From Shigella phage ESh26, in the sequence record ON528736: a stretch of 64,000 nucleotides of DNA. The stretch is one strand, 5' to 3'. The notes beneath the pieces are model-generated. The model had not been told where the DNA came from. It saw only the letters and a list, made by a program, of their open reading frames with translations, and made no database searches. A program made the position numbers and the translations under genes. Below are positions 47,101 to 56,779 of the stretch, piece by piece; positions within the stretch are counted from its first letter, which is position 1; each line of letters opens with the position of its first letter.

Positions 47101-49797
47101 TCAGCCAAACAGGAAGTCTAACGAAGCTTTTTCCTCATAGTCCATACCTGCCGATTCACACATACCCGCAAGCGGTTTAACAAACGATTTTTGGAACAAA
47201 GTTGAGTAGTCAATCCAAGACAGTACGTCAGAACGAATTTCTTTTGGAAGTTCTGTACCCGATGGCCAAGCAATGCACTTATCACCAAATGGATTTCCTT
47301 CACGCAATGGAAGAACCATTACCTTATTTCCATCCAAAATTGGAGCTACACCTAAACCACTAACAGCTCGACGATAAGTTAGCACACCACGAATATGGAA
47401 CGGACATTTAAATCCTGGCCACCCTTTATCATCATATTTCGCTATATCGTTCGCAGTTTTTACTTCAGCAATAACTTTATAGTCAAGTTGACGATATTCT
47501 TTCTCAAAGTTCTTGTAATATTCTTGGACAGACTCTTCACCTTCCTGAAGAATACGACGAATACTTTCTTCGAGAGCTTCTTGTACTGCTTTTGGTGTTG
47601 AACTCTGTTGAGTTTCCATACCCATAATTTTTAGATGCGGTTCGGCAAATCGCTTATCTTCCATATCATAAACGTTCAGAGCATAACGTTTTTTCGCTTT
47701 CCAAAATCCACCAACACCCTTTGAACCAAGTGGAGGGCAAGAAATAGCTTCACGGTCCATATGCATCAGATGCTCGCGGTTATTCATATAATCACATAAC
47801 TCACGATATGCAACATCAATCATAGGTTCCATCTTTTTCTTACCAAACTGATTCATGAATTCAACTAAATCATTTTGTTCTTTAAAGCGATCAAGACCTA
47901 CTTTTTCAATAACTTTATCTACACAGACATATACCGAATCAGTATCACCTGCTGCGATGAAATCTTCACCATTAGTTCCACATACTTTATTCAGATATTC
48001 ATTAATTTTGCGAGCAATCCACTGAATACCGACTTGACCGAAAATTGTGATAGCAGTAGCATTTCGCAAATCATAGTAACGGAAATGAATATTACCAAGA
48101 GCACCATAAAGACTGTTAATAAGAATTTTACGGTTCAGCTGATTTGTGTTAGCAAGTGTAGCTGCTTTTTCACATTCTTCGATCAGACTATTAAGAACAG
48201 ATTCGGTGTAATTCGATAATTCGTTTAAGAAATCATCACTGAACTTAACATATCGTTCAACTTCTGGTTTAGTTGAGCAAGACCCTGCACCTTTCATAAT
48301 AATCTTTTTAATAGCTTCGGCATTCATTTCTTCCGCGAACATTTTCTTTTTCCAATCTTTACGCTGGAAAAATACTTTAGCGATTTCCTTTGGAATGATA
48401 CCTTCTTGGTGCTTATCATACATCCATCCATTCGGAGAGCAAGAATATTCATCACTTGGCTTAGGAGCTGTTCCTGCGATATATTCATGAATTGGATGAA
48501 CTTTAAACTGCCCGCGAATAGTCTCAGGACTAATGTTAACCTGACGAATAATGCTAGGATACAGAGACGTCAAGTCAAAACTCATAATGTATCGACGAGC
48601 AATCGGTTTAGGTTCAAATACAAATGCACCTGGAAAACTCTGTTTAACGTGCGAACCTTGTTGAGGAATAACCTTATGTTCACCTTTCAGTGAGTTAAAA
48701 ATAATAGCATCCCAAGTTTTAATAGGACTCATTACACCAGAAAAAGGCATTTTAGCGTAATAAGACATACTTAAAACTAGATCGATAAACCCACGAATTT
48801 TATCAATTGCTTGAACTGATTCTACGTCAATGATGTTATAACTAATGTATCGTTGATGATTAGTCTCACGAAGTTTATTAATAGGACCATCGTACGGCAA
48901 TTTACCTTTTTTGGTTTCATGTTGAGCAACTGATTCCAAAGAGAACGATGGCAAATTAGTAAATGCGAACTTCTTGTATAAATCTAAATAATCAAGAATA
49001 GATACGCCATCAATAGAATAAATTTCTTTGCTACCGTACATATTTTGAATTAGTTTAGATTTTACTCGACCGATTGGAGAGAAGCGTTTCATACTGCGTT
49101 CACCGAGAACCATTTTAACACGGTTCATGATATACGGAACGTCAAATCCCTCAATATTCCAACCAGTAAAAATAGCAGGTCGTTTCTGTTCCCAGAGATT
49201 AATATATTCCATGAGCATATCACGCTCATTATCGAATGGCATATAAATTACTCGGTCAAGAATTTCTTGAGGAACTTCATCACCACCTTCACAGTCAAGC
49301 TTAGCAGCTAACTTTGCATCCCATTTTGATACTGAACCGTACATTGAATTCAACAAATCAAAGACGTAAAAACGATCGTCAATTGAATCATAATGAGTGA
49401 TAGCATCAATTTCATATTCTGCTTTCATTGGGTCAGGAAATTTATCACCAGTAACCTCAATGTCACAGTTAGCTACACGAACAAATTTTCGGTCATAAAC
49501 AATTTCTGAACCATATGTATCACTGATATAAGCGAGTTTAAAATCGTTCATACCGAGAGCTTCGAGACCGATGTCTTCCATTCGCTTCATCCAGTCTCGT
49601 GCATCTTTCATTGATGGAAATTTTTGAGGAGCACAGTTTTTACCATAAATGTCTTTGTATTTTGACTCTTCCTTACAATGTCTAAACATAGTCGGAAGAT
49701 ATTCTACTTCACGAGTACGTTCCTTTCCGTTTTCATCAATATAACGCTCAACAATATTATTTCCGACTGTTTCGATAGAGATATAAAATTCTTTCAT
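47101..49797 (-). CDS. 43: DNA polymerase gp43 (family B)
   Basis: 898-aa ORF, same length as T4 gp43; MKEFYISIETVGNNIVERYIDENGKERTREVEY... Confidence 0.95.
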   Translation of the reverse strand: MKEFYISIETVGNNIVERYIDENGKERTREVEYLPTMFRHCKEESKYKDIYGKNCAPQKFPSMKDARDWMKRMEDIGLEALGMNDFKLAYISDTYGSEIVYDRKFVRVANCDIEVTGDKFPDPMKAEYEIDAITHYDSIDDRFYVFDLLNSMYGSVSKWDAKLAAKLDCEGGDEVPQEILDRVIYMPFDNERDMLMEYINLWEQKRPAIFTGWNIEGFDVPYIMNRVKMVLGERSMKRFSPIGRVKSKLIQNMYGSKEIYSIDGVSILDYLDLYKKFAFTNLPSFSLESVAQHETKKGKLPYDGPINKLRETNHQRYISYNIIDVESVQAIDKIRGFIDLVLSMSYYAKMPFSGVMSPIKTWDAIIFNSLKGEHKVIPQQGSHVKQSFPGAFVFEPKPIARRYIMSFDLTSLYPSIIRQVNISPETIRGQFKVHPIHEYIAGTAPKPSDEYSCSPNGWMYDKHQEGIIPKEIAKVFFQRKDWKKKMFAEEMNAEAIKKIIMKGAGSCSTKPEVERYVKFSDDFLNELSNYTESVLNSLIEECEKAATLANTNQLNRKILINSLYGALGNIHFRYYDLRNATAITIFGQVGIQWIARKINEYLNKVCGTNGEDFIAAGDTDSVYVCVDKVIEKVGLDRFKEQNDLVEFMNQFGKKKMEPMIDVAYRELCDYMNNREHLMHMDREAISCPPLGSKGVGGFWKAKKRYALNVYDMEDKRFAEPHLKIMGMETQQSSTPKAVQEALEESIRRILQEGEESVQEYYKNFEKEYRQLDYKVIAEVKTANDIAKYDDKGWPGFKCPFHIRGVLTYRRAVSGLGVAPILDGNKVMVLPLREGNPFGDKCIAWPSGTELPKEIRSDVLSWIDYSTLFQKSFVKPLAGMCESAGMDYEEKASLDFLFG

Positions 49798-49835
49798 AGA
49801 TATTCCTTAGTTTATAGCCCGAGTTATTAGGCTCT
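49798..49835 (-). promoter_or_regulatory. Gene 43 translational operator (gp43 autoregulation site)
   Basis: Minus-strand RNA GAGCCUAAUAACUCGGGCUAUAAACUAAGGAAUAUCUAUG: hairpin plus SD region matching the known T4 gp43 operator as remembered. Confidence 0.7.
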
Positions 49836-49856
49836 TAATATATTATACTCCAAATA

Positions 49857-49872
49857 AGGGGCCGAAGCCCCT
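49857..49872 (-). promoter_or_regulatory. UUCG-tetraloop hairpin upstream of gene 43 operator
   Basis: Minus-strand RNA AGGGGC-UUCG-GCCCCU. Confidence 0.6.
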
Positions 49873-49877
49873 TTGCT

Positions 49878-50114
49878 TTAAATTTCTATTGTACGACGCG
49901 ATATAACGGACTTGCCATCTTTATTTGTGGTTTTGATAATCGCATGAAATGCGAGCTGGTGCGGGTAAACTAATCGTTGGAATTCTTTTTGGAATTCTAT
50001 TTGTTTATCTTCCGGGAGGTCAAAAACCAGTTGGGTAGAAGACAGACCATATGTTTGTTTTAGATTTTCGAATATTAGAAAAGCTTCGGTAAACTGAATC
50101 TCTGATTGTGTCAT
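49878..50114 (-). CDS. Hypothetical protein (78 aa) between regA and gene 43
   Basis: Track ORF 49878..50135 starts at TTG; first ATG at 50114 (MTQSEIQFTEAFLIFENLKQ...); overlaps regA 3' end; weak SD. Confidence 0.35.
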   Translation of the reverse strand: MTQSEIQFTEAFLIFENLKQTYGLSSTQLVFDLPEDKQIEFQKEFQRLVYPHQLAFHAIIKTTNKDGKSVISRRTIEI

Positions 50115-50124
50115 ATAATTTGCC

Positions 50125-50493
50125 TTAATTACCAATCGTATATTTAGGAACGAGTTTCCATTCGTGTTTTTGTTTAAAAGAAATAACTCGGAAGTTATTA
50201 GTTAAATCTTTCATAAAAGTTCTTTGACCAGGAACGATTTCAATCAGTCCCCAATCTTCTAACAGCCACGCAATCGAATCACGACGAACTTCATCTTCTT
50301 CTGTCATTTCAACCTGACGGCCATCCATACGAAGCATTTCTTTAAAATGAACGATATAGTATAGTCCTTTTTTCTGAAGAATATGACAGGACTGATACAG
50401 AACTTTATCTTTATTATTAGCAATTCCCATACGAGTCAAGGTTTCTTTTACTTTCAGAAAATCTTCAGGTTTTTTAAGAGTAATTTCAATCAT
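50125..50493 (-). CDS. regA: RegA translational repressor
   Basis: 122-aa ORF MIEITLKKPEDFLKVKETLTRMGIANNKDKVLYQSCHILQK... recognised as T4 RegA. Confidence 0.9.
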   Translation of the reverse strand: MIEITLKKPEDFLKVKETLTRMGIANNKDKVLYQSCHILQKKGLYYIVHFKEMLRMDGRQVEMTEEDEVRRDSIAWLLEDWGLIEIVPGQRTFMKDLTNNFRVISFKQKHEWKLVPKYTIGN

Positions 50494-50494
50494 T

Positions 50495-51058
50495 TTACCA
50501 TTCCAATGCTAGTTTTTTGAGTTGTTTCTGTTCTTTTACATTCTTAGTCACTTCTTTCAAAAAATCATCCGTGACTAAACCTTTTAGTTCTTTTAATACT
50601 AAAGGAAGTTTTCCATTTTTAGTAAGAATTGATTTATAGTTAATTGCATCATTTGTATTAACTTGATACCGCTTAGCAAGTAACTTAATAATCAATACTT
50701 CGGTAGAATCTTCGACCAGTTTTGCCCATTTACCATATCTTTTACCACGAGGAACAGCAGCCATCAGATAATTAAAATGGGCTTCATCACTTAAACCTGA
50801 TCCAATTAAATTCATCGCATATACAGCTGGCATGCATTCAGGAAATTGTGATAATGCATTCTCAACCATGTATTTTGAATAATCTTTTTGAGCAATAGAG
50901 CATTTAGTTTTATTATTAATAGCTCCAATTATTTCAAAAAATTCATTTTCAGCTTTTTCCTTAAAAGAATCAGCAGCAGATTGGACAGCTGTCCAATCTT
51001 TTGAATACCAAGCAACTTGATGCTCGTTTAATTGAATATCATCTTCAAATAAGCTCAT
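50495..51058 (-). CDS. 62: Clamp-loader subunit gp62
   Basis: 187-aa ORF, size and position as T4 gp62. Confidence 0.9.
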   Translation of the reverse strand: MSLFEDDIQLNEHQVAWYSKDWTAVQSAADSFKEKAENEFFEIIGAINNKTKCSIAQKDYSKYMVENALSQFPECMPAVYAMNLIGSGLSDEAHFNYLMAAVPRGKRYGKWAKLVEDSTEVLIIKLLAKRYQVNTNDAINYKSILTKNGKLPLVLKELKGLVTDDFLKEVTKNVKEQKQLKKLALEW

Positions 51059-51059
51059 A

Positions 51060-52019
51060 TCACTTCCACTGCATTTCGCATGCTAATTGAATGAAAAGAT
51101 ATGCTAAATGTAATTCCGTATTAGCCGCAATTCCATGATATTGGTTATTTTCACCAACAATTTCATACATACGAATAATACTTTGCGGAGTTACGCGTGT
51201 ATAAATTTCTTCGGCAAGTTTACCTACGAACCACGAATAATCAGCTGCATATTTTGGCGCTAAAGCTCTGAGCTGTTTAACATCTTTATTTTTGAGAGAT
51301 TCAAGAACATCATCAATAGCACCACGATCGTTAGTAACCAGTGATAAAATACCAGCATCCAAAACACCTTTAGATGAATAACTATCGAGCTCACCAATAG
51401 TTTTACGAAAATCAGGAAAATTCTTTTTAACCAAAGCTGCTACAACTTTCATATCAGCTATAGCAATTCCTTCATGCTTGCAGATTTCAGTCAATCGACG
51501 AATCATCTGCTTCATCATTTCAATTTTATCTTCATCGGTCGGCTGACCGAACGTAATAACTCGGCAGCGTGACTGAAGCGGTTTAATAATACCATCAATA
51601 TTGTTAGCAGTAATAATAATACTACAGTTTGAACTATAAGCTTCCATAAAGGAACGAAGATGTCGCTGAGACTCTGCTAACCCTGAACGGTCAAATTCAT
51701 CAATAATGATTACTTTTTGACGACCATCAAATGAAGCTGCACTAGCAAAATTAGTCAAAGGACCACGAACGAAATCAATTTTACAATCTGACCCATTCAC
51801 AAACATCATATCAGCATTTACATCATGACACAATGCTTTTGCTACAGTTGTTTTACCTGTTCCTGGAGAAGGAGAATGAAGAATAATATGTGGAATCTTA
51901 CCTTTACTTGTAATAGATTTAAAGGTTTCTTTATCAAAGGCGGGAAGAATACATTCATCGATAGTAGATGGACGATATTTCTGTTCAAGAATGTGTTCTT
52001 TTTCATTTACAGTAATCAT
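51060..52019 (-). CDS. 44: Clamp-loader ATPase gp44
   Basis: Track ORF 324 aa; ATG start [22 protein letters not shown]... gives 319 aa as T4 gp44; Walker A SPGTGKTT. Confidence 0.92.
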   Translation of the reverse strand: MITVNEKEHILEQKYRPSTIDECILPAFDKETFKSITSKGKIPHIILHSPSPGTGKTTVAKALCHDVNADMMFVNGSDCKIDFVRGPLTNFASAASFDGRQKVIIIDEFDRSGLAESQRHLRSFMEAYSSNCSIIITANNIDGIIKPLQSRCRVITFGQPTDEDKIEMMKQMIRRLTEICKHEGIAIADMKVVAALVKKNFPDFRKTIGELDSYSSKGVLDAGILSLVTNDRGAIDDVLESLKNKDVKQLRALAPKYAADYSWFVGKLAEEIYTRVTPQSIIRMYEIVGENNQYHGIAANTELHLAYLFIQLACEMQWK

Positions 52020-52051
52020 AATTTCCTCATTCAAGTTTTAGTGTAAATTAT

Positions 52052-52069
52052 AAAGGGCCGAAGCCCTTT
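52052..52069 (-). promoter_or_regulatory. UUCG-tetraloop hairpin between genes 45 and 44
   Basis: Minus-strand RNA AAAGGGC-UUCG-GCCCUUU. Confidence 0.6.
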
Positions 52070-52070
52070 A

Positions 52071-52757
52071 TTAAAAATCGTGGGTAGAATCAGCTTCAAG
52101 AGCTACTACATAATTCGCGTGTTCACCTTCAAATTTAGCAGCACCTTGTTTACCTTTTGCCCAGAGCAGAAGTTTATAATTTCCTGGTTGCATTTTCATA
52201 TTTGCCATATTGATAATGAAATTAAATGTATTTTCACCATCATAATCACCAAGAGTCAAAGAATATTTAACGCGAGTCAAAGCAGAATCTTCTACTTTGT
52301 TAAAACCGTTAATTACAATTTTACCTTCTTTTACTGTGATAGCAATTGTATCAATCTGCAGACCACGAGATACACGCAACAGCTGTTGAAGGTCTTCAGC
52401 TTTAATTTCGGTAACAACAGATGCTACCGGGAATGGAATTGGTTTATTAGGAGCAACTACTGTACTCGGATCGGCTGCTGGCCAAAAAATTGTTGAACGA
52501 GCATCAGCAATTTTAATATTTCCATCTTCTGACTGGGAAATTTCTGCATCGTCATTAACTAAAGACAGAATACCGAGAAAACCGTTCAAATCGTAAATTG
52601 CTACATCAAAATCAATAGTGTCAGAAATATTTGCTTCCGCATAAGTTGTACCATTAACTGCGCGAGTCATAATAAATTGACCAGATTTAAGCATAATACC
52701 AGAGTTAATAGTAGCGAAATTTTTGAGCAGAGCAGTAGTATCTTTAGACAGTTTCAT
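52071..52757 (-). CDS. 45: Sliding clamp gp45
   Basis: 228-aa ORF MKLSKDTTALLKNFATINSGIMLKSGQFIMTRAV... recognised as T4 gp45. Confidence 0.92.
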   Translation of the reverse strand: MKLSKDTTALLKNFATINSGIMLKSGQFIMTRAVNGTTYAEANISDTIDFDVAIYDLNGFLGILSLVNDDAEISQSEDGNIKIADARSTIFWPAADPSTVVAPNKPIPFPVASVVTEIKAEDLQQLLRVSRGLQIDTIAITVKEGKIVINGFNKVEDSALTRVKYSLTLGDYDGENTFNFIINMANMKMQPGNYKLLLWAKGKQGAAKFEGEHANYVVALEADSTHDF

Positions 52758-52812
52758 GTAATTTCCTTCAATTCAAATGAGATTTAATTTTATAACTAAT
52801 TTAATCAAGCAA

Positions 52813-53202
52813 TTAACGATTAAAATCGGCAGCAATTGTTTCTGCAACAATTTGAGCAGCAACAATTAGACGTTCATCTGCATTACCACAATAATCATCT
52901 TCAAGACGTTCACCACATGAAGTCATAATAAATTTAGCACCAGCATTTAAAGATTCTGTCGTATGTTTGCGCATTAGTTCAATCCATTTATTACTTACTT
53001 CACGATCGATAGCTTCATAATACGCATGACGAGCAGGTGCAGATTTAATTTTGCTCTGAATAACTTCCATCGCGTTATCAGAAAGAGACAAAACCCATGC
53101 TCGACGAATTTTATTTTGGTTTTGTGGATTTGAATCAGAACGCACGTGTTTTGGCTGAATATCTTTTACATCAACAGTATAATTCACAGTAATTTTAGTC
53201 AT
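52813..53202 (-). CDS. rpbA: RpbA RNA polymerase-binding protein
   Basis: 129-aa ORF at the 45/46 junction as in T4. Confidence 0.8.
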   Translation of the reverse strand: MTKITVNYTVDVKDIQPKHVRSDSNPQNQNKIRRAWVLSLSDNAMEVIQSKIKSAPARHAYYEAIDREVSNKWIELMRKHTTESLNAGAKFIMTSCGERLEDDYCGNADERLIVAAQIVAETIAADFNR

Positions 53203-53211
53203 AATACACCT

Positions 53212-53400
53212 TTAGTCATAATAATCAGTAACAGTCCAAGCTTCATTCCTGTTGGACATTATTTTCGTATATTCTGATTTAAATGCATTCTTAAGCATAG
53301 ATTCAGTAACTATATGCTCTTCATTAGAAAAATTATTTCTCAGAATATATCGTTTTATTTCAGGAATAGTTAATAGATGCTGTCCAGTTGAATATTCCAT
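53212..53400 (-). CDS. Hypothetical protein (62 aa; 45.2 position)
   Basis: ORF. Confidence 0.45.
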   Translation of the reverse strand: MEYSTGQHLLTIPEIKRYILRNNFSNEEHIVTESMLKNAFKSEYTKIMSNRNEAWTVTDYYD

Positions 53401-53455
53401 GTTTTTCCTCCATAGAGATTATACTCTAATAAATTAAAGCATAATCTCTTATAAA

Positions 53456-55138
53456 TTAAACCATTACAGTAAATCGACCAACTTTCTTCATTTGAAGATG
53501 CTGACCATATGCTTGCGGGTCATGGTCTCTATGTGAAATAACAAAAACATTAGTATTTTTTAAACTATCTAAAATAGTTGAAATAGCTTTTACACCTTCA
53601 ACATCGGTTGCTGAATCAAAAACTTCATCAAGAATTAATGTGTTTATTTTAACACCTGAAACTTTTTCAGCAATATCACGCCAAGTAAATAAAAGAGCAA
53701 TATCAATTCGTGCTTTTTCACCTTGACTAAATGAAGCATAACTAAAATCTTCACGACCGCGGGATTTAATTGTCTCATTAAATTCTTCATCTAATGTAAA
53801 CACATAATCCGCTTCCATTATTTTAAGATAATGGTTAATCTGCTTATTAAATAATGGAATGTACTTTTTAATAATAGCACCTTTAATACCAGAATCTTTT
53901 AGCATATCAGTCAAAATTCCTCGGTGGTATTTTTCCATTACTAAATTAGTTTTTGTCTTAACAATTTTATCAAGTTCTTCTTGAAGCAGTGCTATTTCAT
54001 CAGCATGGTCAATAAACTCGGATGATGCTTTTTCTATAGCTGCTTTAACTTTTTTAGCTTTATCTACCGTCGTGATTAGAGATTGCTTTTTATTGCGAAT
54101 ATCATTCGCCAACGTCTGCTGGGTTTTAATATTATCTCGGTATTCATCAACGAGAACTTTTAAATTATCACGATGTGTTGAAAGCTGTTCAAACGAATGT
54201 GTGCATTCAGAAACTTTATCTTTAATTTTAGAAACAACTTTATCACCGGAACTTAATTGTGACAAACAAGTTGGACATAATCCACCTTCGTGATACATAT
54301 TAATGACTTTATTATACGAGTCAATTTTTGATTTAATTAAAAATGCTTCTTGACCGATTTTATTAAATGCATCAGTTGGATCTTCATCCAAAACAATATT
54401 AACTAATCTTTCATTAGCTTCTTCTATTTCCGATTTTAACGTTCTAGCTTCTTTTGCCAAATCATCATACATATTCTGTAGACGAGTAAGGTTATCACCA
54501 GTTAATTTTTTCTGGCGTTCAACGTTATCATTATATATTTTAATTTGTTGGATAATACTATCTTTTTTAACATCAAGCACTTGGTTTTGTGAATTTAATT
54601 CACGTATTAGTGCTTTATTGAGCTTATCCATTTCAGCTAATGTTCCTACCTCGAGTAGGTCTTCGACGAGTTTTCTTCTTGCAGGAGTGGATAGGCCCAT
54701 AAAAGGGGTATATCCAGCCGTGCCGAGTACGACGATCTGTTTGAAACTGGCGTATGACATTCCGATAAGCTGTTCAAATTCTGCTTGGAAATCTTTACTG
54801 CTGGCAGATTCATTAAGACGTGTACCGTTAACGGTGATTTCGAAAACGTTTGGTTTTTGTCCTCTTTTGATATAGTACTTTTTCTCATCATATTCCATCC
54901 ACAGTTCAACTAAAAGTTCTTTCTTATTCGTGCTGTTTATTAATTGACCTTTCTTTACATCACGAAATGGCTTGCCAAAAAGCCCAAATGTAATGGCTTC
55001 TAACATAGTAGACTTACCACCGCCATTTCGCCCAGTAATAAGAGTTTTTTGAACCTTATCTAGTTGAATGTCAATAGGATTTCCACCTACTGACATTATA
55101 TTTTGATACCTAACTCGGTTTAGTTTAAAATTCTTCAC
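53456..55138 (-). CDS. 46: Recombination endonuclease subunit gp46 (Rad50/SbcC-like)
   Basis: 560-aa ORF with N-terminal Walker A GRNGGGKST, coiled-coil middle, C-terminal signature/D-loop; size as T4 gp46. Confidence 0.92.
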   Translation of the reverse strand: MKNFKLNRVRYQNIMSVGGNPIDIQLDKVQKTLITGRNGGGKSTMLEAITFGLFGKPFRDVKKGQLINSTNKKELLVELWMEYDEKKYYIKRGQKPNVFEITVNGTRLNESASSKDFQAEFEQLIGMSYASFKQIVVLGTAGYTPFMGLSTPARRKLVEDLLEVGTLAEMDKLNKALIRELNSQNQVLDVKKDSIIQQIKIYNDNVERQKKLTGDNLTRLQNMYDDLAKEARTLKSEIEEANERLVNIVLDEDPTDAFNKIGQEAFLIKSKIDSYNKVINMYHEGGLCPTCLSQLSSGDKVVSKIKDKVSECTHSFEQLSTHRDNLKVLVDEYRDNIKTQQTLANDIRNKKQSLITTVDKAKKVKAAIEKASSEFIDHADEIALLQEELDKIVKTKTNLVMEKYHRGILTDMLKDSGIKGAIIKKYIPLFNKQINHYLKIMEADYVFTLDEEFNETIKSRGREDFSYASFSQGEKARIDIALLFTWRDIAEKVSGVKINTLILDEVFDSATDVEGVKAISTILDSLKNTNVFVISHRDHDPQAYGQHLQMKKVGRFTVMV

Positions 55139-55350
55139 AAAAGATTCCTTTTAATGTATCTTTTAGACCATTCTATCATATCATCATAATCTAAAAAGTA
55201 TTCATCAAATTCAGCCATGCAAACAACACCTTGTGCTGCTTTTGATGTGATATAAATTATTCCAACATATCTAGAATCTTCTTCGGTGTAATCAATATTT
55301 GCTACGAATTCATCGTTAATGTCAAATGTCGAAAACTTCACAGTATGCAT
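55135..55350 (-). CDS. Hypothetical protein (46.1 position)
   Basis: Track ORF 55135..55398; ATG at 55350 (MHTVKFSTFD...) gives 71 aa. Confidence 0.4.
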   Translation of the reverse strand: MHTVKFSTFDINDEFVANIDYTEEDSRYVGIIYITSKAAQGVVCMAEFDEYFLDYDDMIEWSKRYIKRNLL

Positions 55351-55585
55351 CCTTAATACAAGATACAGCCATATCTTGTAATGATTTAGGTGTGTCATTA
55401 TCTAAAATGTTGAAGTTAAAAGATACAGCCCAGTCAGTGCAGACCGTAACCTTTTTAATACAATTATCTTCAACCTCTAGCGGTTCAAACCAATATTCAA
55501 TAATTTCTTTATGCCCAATATCATCTTTTACTTCGCATTCAAAATGCTGACTCATCATAACATTTTTAAATTCATCAAAAGTCAT
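55322..55585 (-). CDS. Hypothetical protein (87 aa; 46.2 position)
   Basis: ORF, stop overlaps gp47 start. Confidence 0.45.
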   Translation of the reverse strand: MTFDEFKNVMMSQHFECEVKDDIGHKEIIEYWFEPLEVEDNCIKKVTVCTDWAVSFNFNILDNDTPKSLQDMAVSCIKDAYCEVFDI

Positions 55586-56601
55586 TGTGTTGCCTCTACA
55601 TATAACTGATTTGCATATTGAATAAGTGCTTCGCGGTCAGAATCAGTGATGTCTGGAATTGCATTAATGTATTCTTCCATCAACGTCTGAAGAGATTGAA
55701 CTTCAACTTCTTCACTATCATCTGACTCGACTGAGTTATCAATCTTTGACACAACTCGTAATGAATGCACAACTTTTTCTAGTTCAGATTCGAACTTCGT
55801 TAAATTTTTGTCTACTTCAGTTACTATAACACGCACTGATAGATTTGTAAAATCTTTATAGTCAATTTTTCCCTTAAATGGATATTGAATTCGACGATGC
55901 CAGGTGGTGTTGTTTGGAATAAATTCCATTCGTTCTGTTTCTGTATCAAACATCCAGAACCCACGAGGGTCATTCTCGTCACCTGCAGTTAGTGTCCATG
56001 GTGTCCCAATATATCTGACGTTAGCAGCCTCAGAGATAGTATGGAAGTGACCAGACCACACCTCTTTATAAGTCTTAAGGAAATCAGGTTCAAGACCGTG
56101 AGATTTCATTCCTTTATAAAAATAAAATCCATTCAGTTCCCAGTGACCAACACAAAAAGAAGCAGATGAAGTTTTGATGTGTTCAAGAATTTCACCAGTA
56201 TTTTCTTCGCACATCCAAGGAATTAAATCAATCAAACACCCGTCAAAATCTACTGTAGTAGGCTTATCATATACTTTAACATTAGGATATTTAGCCAAAA
56301 GCTCAGTAGAAGCATTTGGAGTTAAAGTATTTTTAAAGTGCATATCATGGTTTCCTACGACAGTATGTAGGGTAATACCAGCATCATCAAGCATTTGAAC
56401 TATTTCACGAGCGAACTCCATAGTTTTATGTGTGATTGCTTTTCGCACATCAAAAATATCGCCGTATTGAATCCATGTAGTAATTCCGTTTTTCTTAGAA
56501 TATTCTATTGCTTGTTTAATTCCATCCAACTGAATGGATTGAACCCACTCATCATCGGCTTTAACACCTAAATGCCAATCACCTAAATTTAAAATTTTCA
56601 T
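55582..56601 (-). CDS. 47: Recombination endonuclease subunit gp47 (Mre11/SbcD-like)
   Basis: 339-aa ORF with metallophosphoesterase motifs (GDWH, GNHD); size as T4 gp47. Confidence 0.92.
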   Translation of the reverse strand: MKILNLGDWHLGVKADDEWVQSIQLDGIKQAIEYSKKNGITTWIQYGDIFDVRKAITHKTMEFAREIVQMLDDAGITLHTVVGNHDMHFKNTLTPNASTELLAKYPNVKVYDKPTTVDFDGCLIDLIPWMCEENTGEILEHIKTSSASFCVGHWELNGFYFYKGMKSHGLEPDFLKTYKEVWSGHFHTISEAANVRYIGTPWTLTAGDENDPRGFWMFDTETERMEFIPNNTTWHRRIQYPFKGKIDYKDFTNLSVRVIVTEVDKNLTKFESELEKVVHSLRVVSKIDNSVESDDSEEVEVQSLQTLMEEYINAIPDITDSDREALIQYANQLYVEATQ

Positions 56602-56761
56602 ATATCAAGAACCGTCATTGAAATGCAAAATAAAATTATTGAAATAAATCCATCTGGAGTGCTAAAGAACCCAATCCAACATGCTCTAGTGAATAGATAA
56701 AACGCGAGAAAAAGTATCACATATCCAAGAAATATCATTATATCAAACTCCGTATAAAGCT

Positions 56762-56779
56762 AAAGGGCCGAAGCCCTTT
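56762..56779 (-). promoter_or_regulatory. UUCG-tetraloop hairpin overlapping a-gt stop
   Basis: Minus-strand RNA AAAGGGC-UUCG-GCCCUUU. Confidence 0.6.
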
